Notes: generated by a model from the letters alone, not told the origin. 64,000 bases of DNA from Pseudomonadaceae bacterium (GCA_007692485.1 REBY01000044.1:1241-65240), one strand, 5' to 3'; positions 33,695-43,283 are shown, counted from the stretch's first letter. A program made the numbers and translations.

Positions 33695-33708
33695 CTGACG
33701 CAGGTCAA
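33695..33708 (-). promoter_or_regulatory. Anr/FNR-type box upstream of the usp gene
   Basis: The minus strand TTGACCTGCGTCAG matches TTGAY-N4-RTCAA at 9 of 10 positions. It is centred about 91 nt upstream of the usp ATG. Confidence 0.4.
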
Positions 33709-33710
33709 GC

Positions 33711-34115
33711 ATGCATATAGAAAAACTGCCATCAATAGAACACCCGCTGGTCAATCGTTTCTATAAAGCGCAAGGCAGCAAGATGCGTGCTCGAGGCCAG
33801 CACCAGGTCTGGGTGCTACGCGACCCGGACATCTGCTGCGCCTTGTGCCTGGAACCGGTTGCCGAAGGATTCTGGCTAACCAGCCTGTGCACCGCGCTGG
33901 AGCGCCGCCAGCAGGGCTTGGCCCGGCAATTGCTGCAAGCCTGTCTGACTGCCGGCAACCGCCCTGTCTGGCTGTTCTGCAGCCCAGAAGTAGCGCCCTT
34001 GTACCAAGCCTGCGGCTTTAAATTTACAGAGCAGCTACCTCACGCCTTGGGCCAGCGCCTGCAGCGTTACCAGCGGCATAAGCGCCTGCTGGCCATGCAG
34101 TGCACCAGCTTATGA
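33711..34115 (+). CDS. GNAT-family N-acetyltransferase
   Basis: 134 aa with an acetyl-CoA binding-like RRQQGLARQLLQ and a C-terminal YQACGF. Confidence 0.75.
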   Translation: MHIEKLPSIEHPLVNRFYKAQGSKMRARGQHQVWVLRDPDICCALCLEPVAEGFWLTSLCTALERRQQGLARQLLQACLTAGNRPVWLFCSPEVAPLYQACGFKFTEQLPHALGQRLQRYQRHKRLLAMQCTSL

Positions 34116-34213
34116 CCCAAAGCGCCATCATGGTGCACCACATCACTGCAACCAGCCTGACATAATGCTGCAATATTACGACAACTCACTGTTTTTAATA
34201 AAAAAACCAAAAC

Positions 34214-34229
34214 TGGCACAGTTTCTGCT
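34214..34229 (+). promoter_or_regulatory. sigma54 (RpoN) -24/-12 promoter
   Basis: TGGCAC-agttt-CTGCT with GG and GC separated by exactly 10 nt. Lies about 60 nt upstream of the porin ATG. Confidence 0.65.
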
Positions 34230-34290
34230 CAAGTGATATCGCCAACCAATTCAACATGATTGAATTTTTTACATAACGGGGATACACCAC

Positions 34291-34992
34291 ATGATGAAGA
34301 AACTTGCCATTGCCATCGCCACAGCCAGCACTCTGGGTGCTGCCAGCATGGCGCAAGCCGAAACCTTTGATACTGCGATCGGCGAACTGGATGTCAGCAT
34401 GACTGCTACGCTGGCTACCGATTACATCTGGCGCGGTCAGTCGCAAACTGCCGGCAAGGGTGCAGTTCAGTCCAGCCTGGATATCGCCCATGAAAGCGGC
34501 TTCTACATTGGTGCCTGGGGCTCCAACGTTGACTTCGGTGACGGCGATGACTCCACCATTGAGCTGGATTACTACCTCGGCTTTGGTGCCGATATCACGC
34601 CGGACGTCAGCTACGACATTAGCTGGAACTCCTATACCTTCCCTGGCGAGAGCGGTAACAACGCTGAGGAATGGATTCTGGGCGTAGGCGTGTTTGGTCT
34701 GGATCTGGGCTTCCACTACACCTACGATCCGGAAAGCTCGCGCTACTATACAGCGGGTTATGGCTTTGACCTGCCAGAGGGCTTTGCCCTGGGCCTGCAC
34801 ATCGGTTATGGCGATAACAGTGATGACACCTACCGCGACTGGGCCGCCACCGTGTCCAAAGAGTTCCTCGGCCTTGACCTGGCGTTGATGTATTCCGACA
34901 CCAACATCAGCAGCTCTGACTGCCGTGAAGCTTACGGAAGAAGCGGCTCCTGCAGCTCCAACTGGACCTTCTCAGCGTCCAAAAGCTTCTAA
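34291..34992 (+). CDS. TorF-family (TIGR02001-type) putative outer-membrane porin
   Basis: Signal peptide ending AQA/ET, the characteristic TATLATDYIWRGQSQT segment, and alternating beta-strand pattern. Confidence 0.8.
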   Translation: MMKKLAIAIATASTLGAASMAQAETFDTAIGELDVSMTATLATDYIWRGQSQTAGKGAVQSSLDIAHESGFYIGAWGSNVDFGDGDDSTIELDYYLGFGADITPDVSYDISWNSYTFPGESGNNAEEWILGVGVFGLDLGFHYTYDPESSRYYTAGYGFDLPEGFALGLHIGYGDNSDDTYRDWAATVSKEFLGLDLALMYSDTNISSSDCREAYGRSGSCSSNWTFSASKSF

Positions 34993-35002
34993 ATGATGTT
35001 CA

Positions 35003-35038
35003 GCCCTTAAACTGCTGCGTGCCGTTTAAGGGCTTTTG
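35003..35038 (+). terminator. intrinsic terminator of the porin gene
   Basis: GCCCTTAAAC-tgctgcgtgcc-GTTTAAGGGC followed by TTTTG. Confidence 0.7.
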
Positions 35039-35062
35039 TCAGTAACGTGCTTCTTCAGTTTT

Positions 35063-35093
35063 AACCCGGCAGCTCCGCTTGCCGGGTTTTTTT
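35063..35093. terminator. second, bidirectional hairpin (porin plus strand / ykgJ-like minus strand)
   Basis: AACCCGGCA-gctccgct-TGCCGGGTT followed by TTTTT. Overlaps the ykgJ-like stop codon. Confidence 0.6.
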
Positions 35094-35352
35094 ATGCCGG
35101 CAGGCTGGCCTGCTCCAACAAAGTGATCACCTGCAAGGCTTCTTCCCGGCTGCCGCCACAGATCGCCAACTCCGCCTGAAACTCGCCGCAGACGCGCGGA
35201 CGCAGGGGCGAGCCAAACAGCCGGCAACCCAGCTCGGCATCCAACTGCGGACAGGGCACACCCGCCGGTTTGCCGTGTGGCAATCCCGGTATCGGGCTGG
35301 AGATGGAGGGGGCAATACAGCAAGCGGCACACCCGCGACGGCACTCCATCAT
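35092..35352 (-). CDS. YkgJ-family cysteine-cluster protein
   Basis: 86 aa containing CRRGCAACC ... CPQL ... CRLF ... VCGEF Cys clusters. Confidence 0.75.
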   Translation of the reverse strand: MMECRRGCAACCIAPSISSPIPGLPHGKPAGVPCPQLDAELGCRLFGSPLRPRVCGEFQAELAICGGSREEALQVITLLEQASLPA

Positions 35353-36221
35353 TCAGTCGGCTTGAGGCGGGTAATCAGACTGGAGGTATCCCAGCGGCCC
35401 CCCCCACTGGCCTGCACCTCAGCATAGAACTGATCGACCAGTGCCGTAACCGGCAGCTGGGCACCATTGCGGCGGGCTTCATCCAACACTATAGCCAGGT
35501 CCTTGCGCATCCAGTCCACCGCAAAACCGAAATCAAAGTCACCGGCCAGCATAGTCTTATAACGATTATCCAGTTGCCAGGATTGAGCCGCACCTTTACT
35601 GATCACAGCCATGGCTGCCTCGCCATCCAGCCCCGCCTGTTCAGCGAAATGCAGTGCCTCCGAGAGCCCCTGCAGCAGTCCACCAATACAGATCTGGTTG
35701 ACCATCTTGGTCAATTGGCCACTACCCACCGGCCCCATCAGCCGCTGCATACGAGCATAGGCAGCAATAACGGGCTGGACCTGATGGTAGTGTGCATCAC
35801 TGCCACCCAACATTATGGTCAACTGAGCATTTTCAGCGCCGGCCTGACCGCCTGAGACCGGCGCATCCAGGAAACCTACCCCCTGCTCTGCCGCCTTGAC
35901 AGCGAGTTCACGCGCCACGTTAGCTGAAGCGGTTGTGTGATCTACGATAAGACAGCCGGCCGCAATACCTGATAGCACACCCTCAGGACCACTGACCACA
36001 GCCCGCAGATCGTCATCATTGCCAACACAGATCAACACCAGTTCCTGGCCGGCCGCAGCTTCGGCTGGCGTCGCACAGCAGCGCCCAGAGTACTCGTTCA
36101 GCCACTGCTCAGCCCTGCCCGGACTTCGGTTATAAACCGTCACCTGATGCCCGGCTTTTGTCAGATGCCCAGCCATGGGATAGCCCATTACTCCCAGGCC
36201 AAGGAATGCCACTTTAGCCAT
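35349..36221 (-). CDS. NAD(P)-dependent oxidoreductase, 3-hydroxyisobutyrate/tartronate-semialdehyde reductase family
   Basis: KVAFLGLGVMGYPMAGHL dinucleotide fold and a DAPVSGG motif. Its stop overlaps the ykgJ-like start by 4 nt. Confidence 0.88.
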   Translation of the reverse strand: MAKVAFLGLGVMGYPMAGHLTKAGHQVTVYNRSPGRAEQWLNEYSGRCCATPAEAAAGQELVLICVGNDDDLRAVVSGPEGVLSGIAAGCLIVDHTTASANVARELAVKAAEQGVGFLDAPVSGGQAGAENAQLTIMLGGSDAHYHQVQPVIAAYARMQRLMGPVGSGQLTKMVNQICIGGLLQGLSEALHFAEQAGLDGEAAMAVISKGAAQSWQLDNRYKTMLAGDFDFGFAVDWMRKDLAIVLDEARRNGAQLPVTALVDQFYAEVQASGGGRWDTSSLITRLKPTE

Positions 36222-36230
36222 CTTTCACCT

Positions 36231-36266
36231 CCACAAACAAAACAGCCACACCCAAGGGTGTGGCTG
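36231..36266 (-). terminator. strong intrinsic terminator after the unknown permease gene
   Basis: The minus strand reads CAGCCACACCC-tt-GGGTGTGGCTG followed by TTTTGTTTG. Confidence 0.7.
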
Positions 36267-36293
36267 ATGGTATTACCGATCATAACAAAACAG

Positions 36294-37649
36294 TCAGTCT
36301 TCGTGCGGAATCGGATCCGGGTTACGATCCCAGCCCACCATTAGAATAGTTGCCAGTACGCCAAGGCCCAAACCGGTCCAGGGATCGAAAAAAGCCAAGC
36401 CAGCCCCAATAAGCAGTACCGTGCCCCGCGAGGTATTGTTGCGAGGAATCGACAAAGCCACGTATGCACAGGCAAAGGCTGTCAGCATCAAGGTCAGAGC
36501 CAGAGCAACATAGAGCAGCGGCTGTAAACCTGTCAGCAGCGGCCAGAGGAAAAACAACAGCGGTATCCCCATCAAGTAATACGAAGCCAAGCCACTGTGC
36601 AAGCTGTTCATGGACTGCTTACCCTGAGCCCAGCGCTGCACGATAATCACCTGTACCCCGGTCCACATGGCGCCTTGAGTCGGGAAAAAGGGTGCAAATA
36701 CGCCCATGAGACCGTTACGGATACCAACCGAGAGGTGGGTACGGGTCGGGTTGATATCGATGTGCTCATCCTGACGATGACGCAGGCCATCGCGGATCAC
36801 TTCATTCCCGGTGACCATATCACCAAACAAGATCACATAGGTGATGATCGCCAAGGGCATGGCACTGACAAACATTTCCCAGCTTGGCCAACCAATCACG
36901 AAGGGAGATACCTTGGCGAAGGCATCACCCACGGGCGGGATCAAGATACCCCACTGGATGTTGTAGCTGATCTCACCGACCAGAGGACCGACCAGAGCCG
37001 CAATAATGAAGCCCGGCAACAGGCCCAATGCTGCAATCAGCGCAACAATGCGATAGCGTTCCTTGAGCTTTTGCATAGGCAGAGAAAAAGAGAAAATCAG
37101 ACATACGGCGCATGCCAGGATAATGCTGACAGGCTGTTCGGAAAGGATCGAATCACTGTTGCCGTCGCCAACAAACACTCGATAAACCGCAGCAATGGCT
37201 GCACCGAGAATAATCCCCGCCTTGAGCGTGTCCGGCAGCCATATCACAAACTTTTTGCCCAACCCGGTCAATCCGAGAAACATCAGTAGTACGGCGAAGT
37301 TCAAGGACAATGCGGTCATCGCCTGGAAACGGGCAACCGGGTCATCGTAACCACCAATCACAAAGCTCAAGACCAACGGCAGAGCTGGCGTCACCCAACC
37401 AGGGGCATAGGGTTCGCCAAAGAAAATCACGGCCGAGCCGATCAGTATGGAATGGATCATTGAAATGGCAATGGCTTCCTCAAAGGTCAAGCCAAAGGCC
37501 GTTGTCATGATAGGTACCAGTGCCAGACCGGTGGCCGCAGCAACAAAAAAGCCCTGCATGGCTTCCTGCCAATAAAATCGCGTGTGATAAAACGGCACGC
37601 GAAAAGTAAAGGGGCCCCAGCGCCAGCCGGGAAGCTCGGGTTTAGACAT
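36294..37649 (-). CDS. polytopic inner-membrane protein, putative permease of a family I cannot name
   Basis: About 451 aa with 10-12 hydrophobic helices. GGAG lies before the ATG at 37649. The ORF-track start at 37733 adds a non-hydrophobic extension with no SD. Confidence 0.7.
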   Translation of the reverse strand: MSKPELPGWRWGPFTFRVPFYHTRFYWQEAMQGFFVAAATGLALVPIMTTAFGLTFEEAIAISMIHSILIGSAVIFFGEPYAPGWVTPALPLVLSFVIGGYDDPVARFQAMTALSLNFAVLLMFLGLTGLGKKFVIWLPDTLKAGIILGAAIAAVYRVFVGDGNSDSILSEQPVSIILACAVCLIFSFSLPMQKLKERYRIVALIAALGLLPGFIIAALVGPLVGEISYNIQWGILIPPVGDAFAKVSPFVIGWPSWEMFVSAMPLAIITYVILFGDMVTGNEVIRDGLRHRQDEHIDINPTRTHLSVGIRNGLMGVFAPFFPTQGAMWTGVQVIIVQRWAQGKQSMNSLHSGLASYYLMGIPLLFFLWPLLTGLQPLLYVALALTLMLTAFACAYVALSIPRNNTSRGTVLLIGAGLAFFDPWTGLGLGVLATILMVGWDRNPDPIPHED

Positions 37650-37906
37650 GGCACACTCCGTGACTATTGGACTTGTTTTAGTAATTTCCGAACCAGATCG
37701 GAATTGTGAGTCATTATGCCGTGTGTTGGCCACCTATGCACACGACTGACTGCATCGCTATGAATTATCGTTTACCTGCAGCGTTGCACCGCGCTAAAAC
37801 CTGCAGACCAGAGGCAGCAAGGCCTCTGACCATAAAGAGCGACAGGCAACAGATGCGAACCACGCTCAACCACGCCACACTCGCATTATCACAAACATGA
37901 ATAGCG

Positions 37907-40900
37907 CTAGCTGGAGACCTTGGCCTGCTCTTCACGCAGCAGCCGTTGCCGGGTTGCCGAGGGCGAGCCTGTGCCTCGCGCCAACAGACTATAGAGCACA
38001 GGAATGACGAACAGCGTCAGGAACATGGAGACGCTGACCCCGGACATGACAACAATACCGATCACAGAGCGGGTCTCAGCTCCTGGACCAAAAGCCAGCA
38101 CCAAAGGAATGGCGCCCGCTACCGTGGTGACACCGGTCATCAGAATGGGGCGCAGGCGCAAAGTGCTGGCTTCAACCAACGCTTCATCAAAAGGCTTGCC
38201 AGCATCGCGCAACTGGTTGGCAAATTCGACAATCAAAATACCGTTCTTGGCTGCCAACCCAATCAACATGACCAAACCGATCTGGCTATACAAGTTAAGC
38301 GAATTACCCGTCAGCCACAGGCCAAGAAGCGCCCCGCCAATGGCCATGGGCACCCCAAACATGATCACCAGCGGGTGTACAAAACTCTCGAATTGGGCAG
38401 CCAGCACCAGAAACACCACCACCAGTCCCAGCGCAAACACAAACAGCAGTGAACCACCGGCATTGCGCAAGTCAAGGGACTGGCCCTTGTAATCAATGAC
38501 CAGACTGTCCGGCAAATGCTCCCGGGCCAGCGCCTCGACATGATCCAGCGCATCGCCCAGAGCAACACCGTCAGCCAGGCCCGCCTGAAGGGTGATAGCC
38601 CGGTTACGGTTATAGCGGTTCAATGTGGTCGAGCCTGCATACTCTTCCAGGCTGACCATATTGGACAGCGGGATCAACTCGCCACTGGTAGCCGAGCGCA
38701 CATAGATGTTTTCCATACTGGTCGGTTGGCGCTGACTCTCGGGCTCCCCTTCCAAAATCACATCATACTCTTCACCCTCATCGATATAGGTGGTGACCCG
38801 CCGCGAGCCAAGCATGGTTTCCAGTGTACGACCCAGAGTACCCACATTGACCCCCAGATCAGCGGCACGGTCGTAATCTACGTGCACTTCCAGCTGCGGC
38901 TGGGTCTCCTTGTAATCCGAATCCAGATTGGTCAGGCCCGGGTTGTCGGCTTCAATCTTTTCCATCAATGTGTCGCGCCACTCGGCCAGTTCGGCATAGG
39001 TACCCGCGCCACCAATAACCATCTGGAACGGCTGTTGCTGGCCACCCCCAAAGCCCTGGCGCATCACGGGAAAAGCCCGCACACCAGGTAAATCAGCCAG
39101 TCTCTGCTGGATATCAGACATGATCTCCCAGCCCGATCGCCTTTGCCCCCAGTCCTCAAGCACAATGATCACAATACCGGTATTGAAGGTTTCTACACCG
39201 CCAAAGGCGCGCGGCGCACGTACCAACAGCCGCATGATGTCGCCATCATCAACCAAGTGCATCAGCCGCTCTTCAATCTCATTCATGTAGTCGAGCATGT
39301 AATCGTAGGTCGCACCCTCAGGCCCATCCACAATCAGGAACATCGAGCCACGATCTTCACGCGGGGTATATTCGCTGGGTAATTGATTGAACAACCAGCC
39401 GGTACCGACAAACATGGCCAGGAAAACCAGCAAGGCAACCCAGCGCCAACGCAAGACCTTGATCAGGACTTTGGCATACAGACCGCGCGTCTTGAACAGG
39501 GTGCTTTCAACCCGCCGTGTCAACCAGTTCTCACCATCACGGGGCTTAAGCACCTTGGAAGCCAACATAGCCGACAAGGTCAGGGCAACAAAACTGGAGA
39601 AGGCTACCGCTGCCGCCATAGTCAGTGCGAACTCGGAAAACAGCCGCCCGACATCCCCCTGCAGGAAGGCAATAGGCACAAAGACAGCGATCAGCACCAT
39701 AGTGGTCGAGACCACTGCAAAAGCCACCTGACGGGTCCCGTAATAGGCGGCGACCAGCGGAGTTTCGCCCTCCTCGTCGATACGGCGGCGAATATTCTCC
39801 AAAACGATGATGGCATCATCGACCACCAGGCCGATGGCCAGCACCAGAGCGAGCAGGGTTAGCAGGTTGATGGTAAAACCAAACAGCAACAGACCGATAA
39901 AGGTCGCGATAATTGAAACCGGCAGGGTAACGGCCGGAACCAAAATAGCGCGCGGACTACCGAGGAAGACGAAAATAGCCAGCACCACCAGCACCAGTGC
40001 AATCGCCAGCGTGCTGTAAACTTCCTTGATAGCGCCTTCAATAAACACCGAGCCATCAAAGCTCGGCTCAATACTCATACCCTCGGGCAGCGTGGCATTC
40101 AGTTCGGCAACCAGTGCCCTTGAGTCACGCGATAATTCCAGAGTATTGGCGGTCGACTGCCGCTCCAGACCAATACCAACCATGGGCACCGTGTTGCCAC
40201 GGAATAGGTTACGAGCCTCTTCAGTACCCCGTTCGACCCTTGCCACGTCAGCCAGCCGAACCAAGTAATTGTCGCCACGATCGACCACCAGCCGGGCAAA
40301 ATCTTCGGCGGTATTGAAACTGCGTGCCACCCGGACGGTAAACAAACGGTTATAGGATTCAATGTTGCCCGCAGGCAGTTCGACATTTTCCGAGCGTAGA
40401 GCGTCTTCAACATCGCTGACCGTCAGGTTGCGGGCCGCCAGGGCCTCACGATCAAGCCAGATCCGCATGGCATACCGCTGCTGGCCACCCACGCGGACGG
40501 CCCCTACCCCATCCAGCGTGGAAAACCGATCAACCAGAAAACGTTCGGCATAATCGGTCAATTCGGTCATGTCCAGCCGGTCACTGGTCAGATTCCACCA
40601 GATCACTACATCCTGATTCGCATCCACCTTGCGCACTGCTGGTGGGTCGGCCTCATCGGGCAGCAAACGCAATACCGCAGACACGCGATCACGCACATCG
40701 TTAGCGGCTTCATTGACGTCACGGTTGATAGAAAAGCGCAGGGTAATCTGCGAGCGGCCGTCTTGACTACGCGAATCAATAAACTCAATACCTTCAATAC
40801 CGGCGATCCGCTCTTCGATCACTTGGGTAACCTGCGAGTCAATAACGCTGGCCGCGGCACCACGGTAATTGGTCTCGATGGTGACTACCGGCGGATCGAT

Positions 40901-41017
40901 ATCCGGGTATTCGCGCAAAGGCAGCATATTGAAGGATACAATGCCGAAGATCACCAACAGCAAAGCCAGAACACTTGCAAAGACCGGGCGGGTAACCGCG
41001 GTATCAGACAGAATCAT
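37907..41017 (-). CDS. RND-family efflux transporter permease (AcrB/HAE1-like)
   Basis: 1036 aa with the 12-TM two-large-loop RND architecture and VVDDAIIVLENI. Confidence 0.95.
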   Translation of the reverse strand: MILSDTAVTRPVFASVLALLLVIFGIVSFNMLPLREYPDIDPPVVTIETNYRGAAASVIDSQVTQVIEERIAGIEGIEFIDSRSQDGRSQITLRFSINRDVNEAANDVRDRVSAVLRLLPDEADPPAVRKVDANQDVVIWWNLTSDRLDMTELTDYAERFLVDRFSTLDGVGAVRVGGQQRYAMRIWLDREALAARNLTVSDVEDALRSENVELPAGNIESYNRLFTVRVARSFNTAEDFARLVVDRGDNYLVRLADVARVERGTEEARNLFRGNTVPMVGIGLERQSTANTLELSRDSRALVAELNATLPEGMSIEPSFDGSVFIEGAIKEVYSTLAIALVLVVLAIFVFLGSPRAILVPAVTLPVSIIATFIGLLLFGFTINLLTLLALVLAIGLVVDDAIIVLENIRRRIDEEGETPLVAAYYGTRQVAFAVVSTTMVLIAVFVPIAFLQGDVGRLFSEFALTMAAAVAFSSFVALTLSAMLASKVLKPRDGENWLTRRVESTLFKTRGLYAKVLIKVLRWRWVALLVFLAMFVGTGWLFNQLPSEYTPREDRGSMFLIVDGPEGATYDYMLDYMNEIEERLMHLVDDGDIMRLLVRAPRAFGGVETFNTGIVIIVLEDWGQRRSGWEIMSDIQQRLADLPGVRAFPVMRQGFGGGQQQPFQMVIGGAGTYAELAEWRDTLMEKIEADNPGLTNLDSDYKETQPQLEVHVDYDRAADLGVNVGTLGRTLETMLGSRRVTTYIDEGEEYDVILEGEPESQRQPTSMENIYVRSATSGELIPLSNMVSLEEYAGSTTLNRYNRNRAITLQAGLADGVALGDALDHVEALAREHLPDSLVIDYKGQSLDLRNAGGSLLFVFALGLVVVFLVLAAQFESFVHPLVIMFGVPMAIGGALLGLWLTGNSLNLYSQIGLVMLIGLAAKNGILIVEFANQLRDAGKPFDEALVEASTLRLRPILMTGVTTVAGAIPLVLAFGPGAETRSVIGIVVMSGVSVSMFLTLFVIPVLYSLLARGTGSPSATRQRLLREEQAKVSS

Positions 41018-41026
41018 CGACTACCC

Positions 41027-42112
41027 CTAGTTGACGGCATCATCGCTACGCAATGCATCGGCCACTGACTGACCAATATCCAGCTCGGACTTGATACTCA
41101 CCGCCTGTCCGGGTCGTAACTTGAAGCCACCATGGCTGACAACCCGATCATCAACACTGAGGCCGGAGCGGATTTCTACATAACCGGCAAAGCGTTGCCC
41201 CAGCTCGACCTGCTGGCGGGCGACCGACCAGTCACTGTCATCACCGGCTTCCAGGCGCATGACGAACTGGCGCAAGCCCTGCGGCAGTAGTGCCTCTTCC
41301 GGAATAACCAGGGATTCACGGGGCAGGCTGGCAATACGAATACTCATCAGCATACCTGGGCGCAGTTGCCCCTCAGGGTTGGGGATCAGCGCGCGCACAC
41401 GAACAGTACGGGTCACCGGATCAACTTCATTATCCAGCACGCTGATTTCACCCTCGAAGAGCTCGTCCGGCCAGGCTCGACTGCTGGCGCGAACTTTCAG
41501 CCCTGGACGCAATTCGGCCATACGTGTTTCTGGCACACGAAAATCCAGCTTCATCACACTGTCATCGTGCAGGGTGGCCACCGGTGTGCCGGGGGTCAGC
41601 AGGCTGCCGACGCTGACCTGACGCAGACCCACCACACTGTCAAAGGGGGCACGGATCTGGCGATCGGCCAAGCGGGCTTCAACGGCCTGAATCCTTGCGC
41701 GGGCAATGTCAAACTCGCGCTGCCGGTCTTCCAGTTCTTGATTCGACAAAAAGCGGCTCTCGACCAGCTGACGTGCGCGCTGCAATTGGCCTTCGGCATT
41801 GGCCAGGGCCACCCGCGCCTCTTCCAGTTGCGCCTGCTGCTCGCGACTGTTGAGTTCAACCAGCAAATCACCGGCCTGAACCCGCTGGCCATCGGTGAAA
41901 TGGATACGACTGATGGTCTCGGTCAGATTGGCTGTGACTACCGCGGTCTCATTAGCCATCAAGGTTCCCAGCGCCTCGATTTCGGTGGCCAAGGCACGTT
42001 GTTCGGCGACAGCGACTATCACTGGCATAGGCGGCTGGGCCTGAGCGATAGATACGCCTCCCAACAACACCAGCGGCAACATGCCCCTGAACAGTTTTTT
42101 CACAGCAGTCAT
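41027..42112 (-). CDS. RND efflux periplasmic adaptor (membrane fusion protein)
   Basis: Signal peptide MTAVKKLFRGMLPLVLLGGVSIAQA followed by lipoyl/beta-barrel adaptor motifs. The ORF-track start at 42157 is also possible. Confidence 0.9.
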   Translation of the reverse strand: MTAVKKLFRGMLPLVLLGGVSIAQAQPPMPVIVAVAEQRALATEIEALGTLMANETAVVTANLTETISRIHFTDGQRVQAGDLLVELNSREQQAQLEEARVALANAEGQLQRARQLVESRFLSNQELEDRQREFDIARARIQAVEARLADRQIRAPFDSVVGLRQVSVGSLLTPGTPVATLHDDSVMKLDFRVPETRMAELRPGLKVRASSRAWPDELFEGEISVLDNEVDPVTRTVRVRALIPNPEGQLRPGMLMSIRIASLPRESLVIPEEALLPQGLRQFVMRLEAGDDSDWSVARQQVELGQRFAGYVEIRSGLSVDDRVVSHGGFKLRPGQAVSIKSELDIGQSVADALRSDDAVN

Positions 42113-42366
42113 CCTGATCACCCATACTGGCAGCGTGTCCGTAAGGCGGAAACGCATTGATATACAAACCCGCTATGATGACCTGATCACAGCGGGCTGC
42201 ACAGCCCTGATTGGTGGAGATTATCGAACACTGTGTGACGGAATGTACGCCCGCTCATGGCTGTCGTTGCCCGGCAGGGAAAATGACTGCGATATCGGAT
42301 CTCATCACGGACACAACCATGTTGCGCCCATGACCTGAAGCCCATATTCGCCGTGGGTTGCTTACA

Positions 42367-43149
42367 CTACTCCGCCAGCCGCTCACGCAAGAACAGGTGC
42401 ATTGCAGCAAAGGCACGCTCGGCAACCAGCGGATGGTACTCGGCCTGGCCCGGCATGGCAGCGGCTGGGTCAGTAAAGGAGTGGACCGCACCACCGTAAC
42501 TGGTCAATTGCCAATCCACCCCGGCATCACGCATTTCTGTTTCAAAAGCCTGAACCTGCTCAACCGGTACATAGGGGTCATCGGCGCCATGCAGGACCAG
42601 CACCGAAGTTTTTATCGCTTTGGCGTCCTCTGCGTCAGGCGTGTCCAAGTTGCCGTGGAAAGACACTACACCAGCAATCTCGGTACCGGAGCGCGCCAAC
42701 TCCAGCACACTGCCACCGCCAAAGCAGAACCCGATGGCGGCCATTTTACTGGTATCCAGAGCCACCCGGTCGGTCTGTGCCTTGAACACGTCCAGCGCGG
42801 CATTCACCCGCTGGCGCTGCAAGGCACGGTCACCCCGCACCAGGCCCGCCGCTTTGCCGGCCTCATCCGAGTCCTGAGGGCGAATATCCTTGCCATACAT
42901 ATCAGCAATAAACACCACATAGTCACTGCCTGCAGCCCGATAGGCCTTTTCGGCGGCGGCCTCGGTCACGCCCATCCAGTTGGGCACCATCAACAACCCG
43001 GGGCGACTGTCACTGACGCTACCGTCATAGACCAGCATGCCTTCGTAGGCTTCACCATCGATATCATAGGCTACCGGCTCAGTGACCATATCAGCCTGGG
43101 CGGCTGTAGCAATGCCCGCCAGCAGCAATGTTGTCAGTGATTTCTTCAT
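42367..43149 (-). CDS. secreted dienelactone hydrolase family protein
   Basis: Signal peptide MKKSLTTLLLAGIATAAQA. Nucleophile region GFCFGG and HGADDP. Confidence 0.88.
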   Translation of the reverse strand: MKKSLTTLLLAGIATAAQADMVTEPVAYDIDGEAYEGMLVYDGSVSDSRPGLLMVPNWMGVTEAAAEKAYRAAGSDYVVFIADMYGKDIRPQDSDEAGKAAGLVRGDRALQRQRVNAALDVFKAQTDRVALDTSKMAAIGFCFGGGSVLELARSGTEIAGVVSFHGNLDTPDAEDAKAIKTSVLVLHGADDPYVPVEQVQAFETEMRDAGVDWQLTSYGGAVHSFTDPAAAMPGQAEYHPLVAERAFAAMHLFLRERLAE

Positions 43150-43243
43150 GTCATGGTCCTTGCAGTTGGGACAGGTTGAACGGGCATTCAAGTGCCTGCC
43201 CCGACAGCTGTCAACCAAAGCGAGGCAGAAAAACGTGTGCAAA

Positions 43244-43283
43244 TAAAAACGGGCGGGGTTGTCCGCAGACAACACCCACCCGT
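43244..43283 (-). terminator. htpG intrinsic terminator
   Basis: The minus strand reads ACGGGTGGGTGTTGTC-tgcg-GACAACCCCGCCCGT followed by TTTTATTT. Confidence 0.8.
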
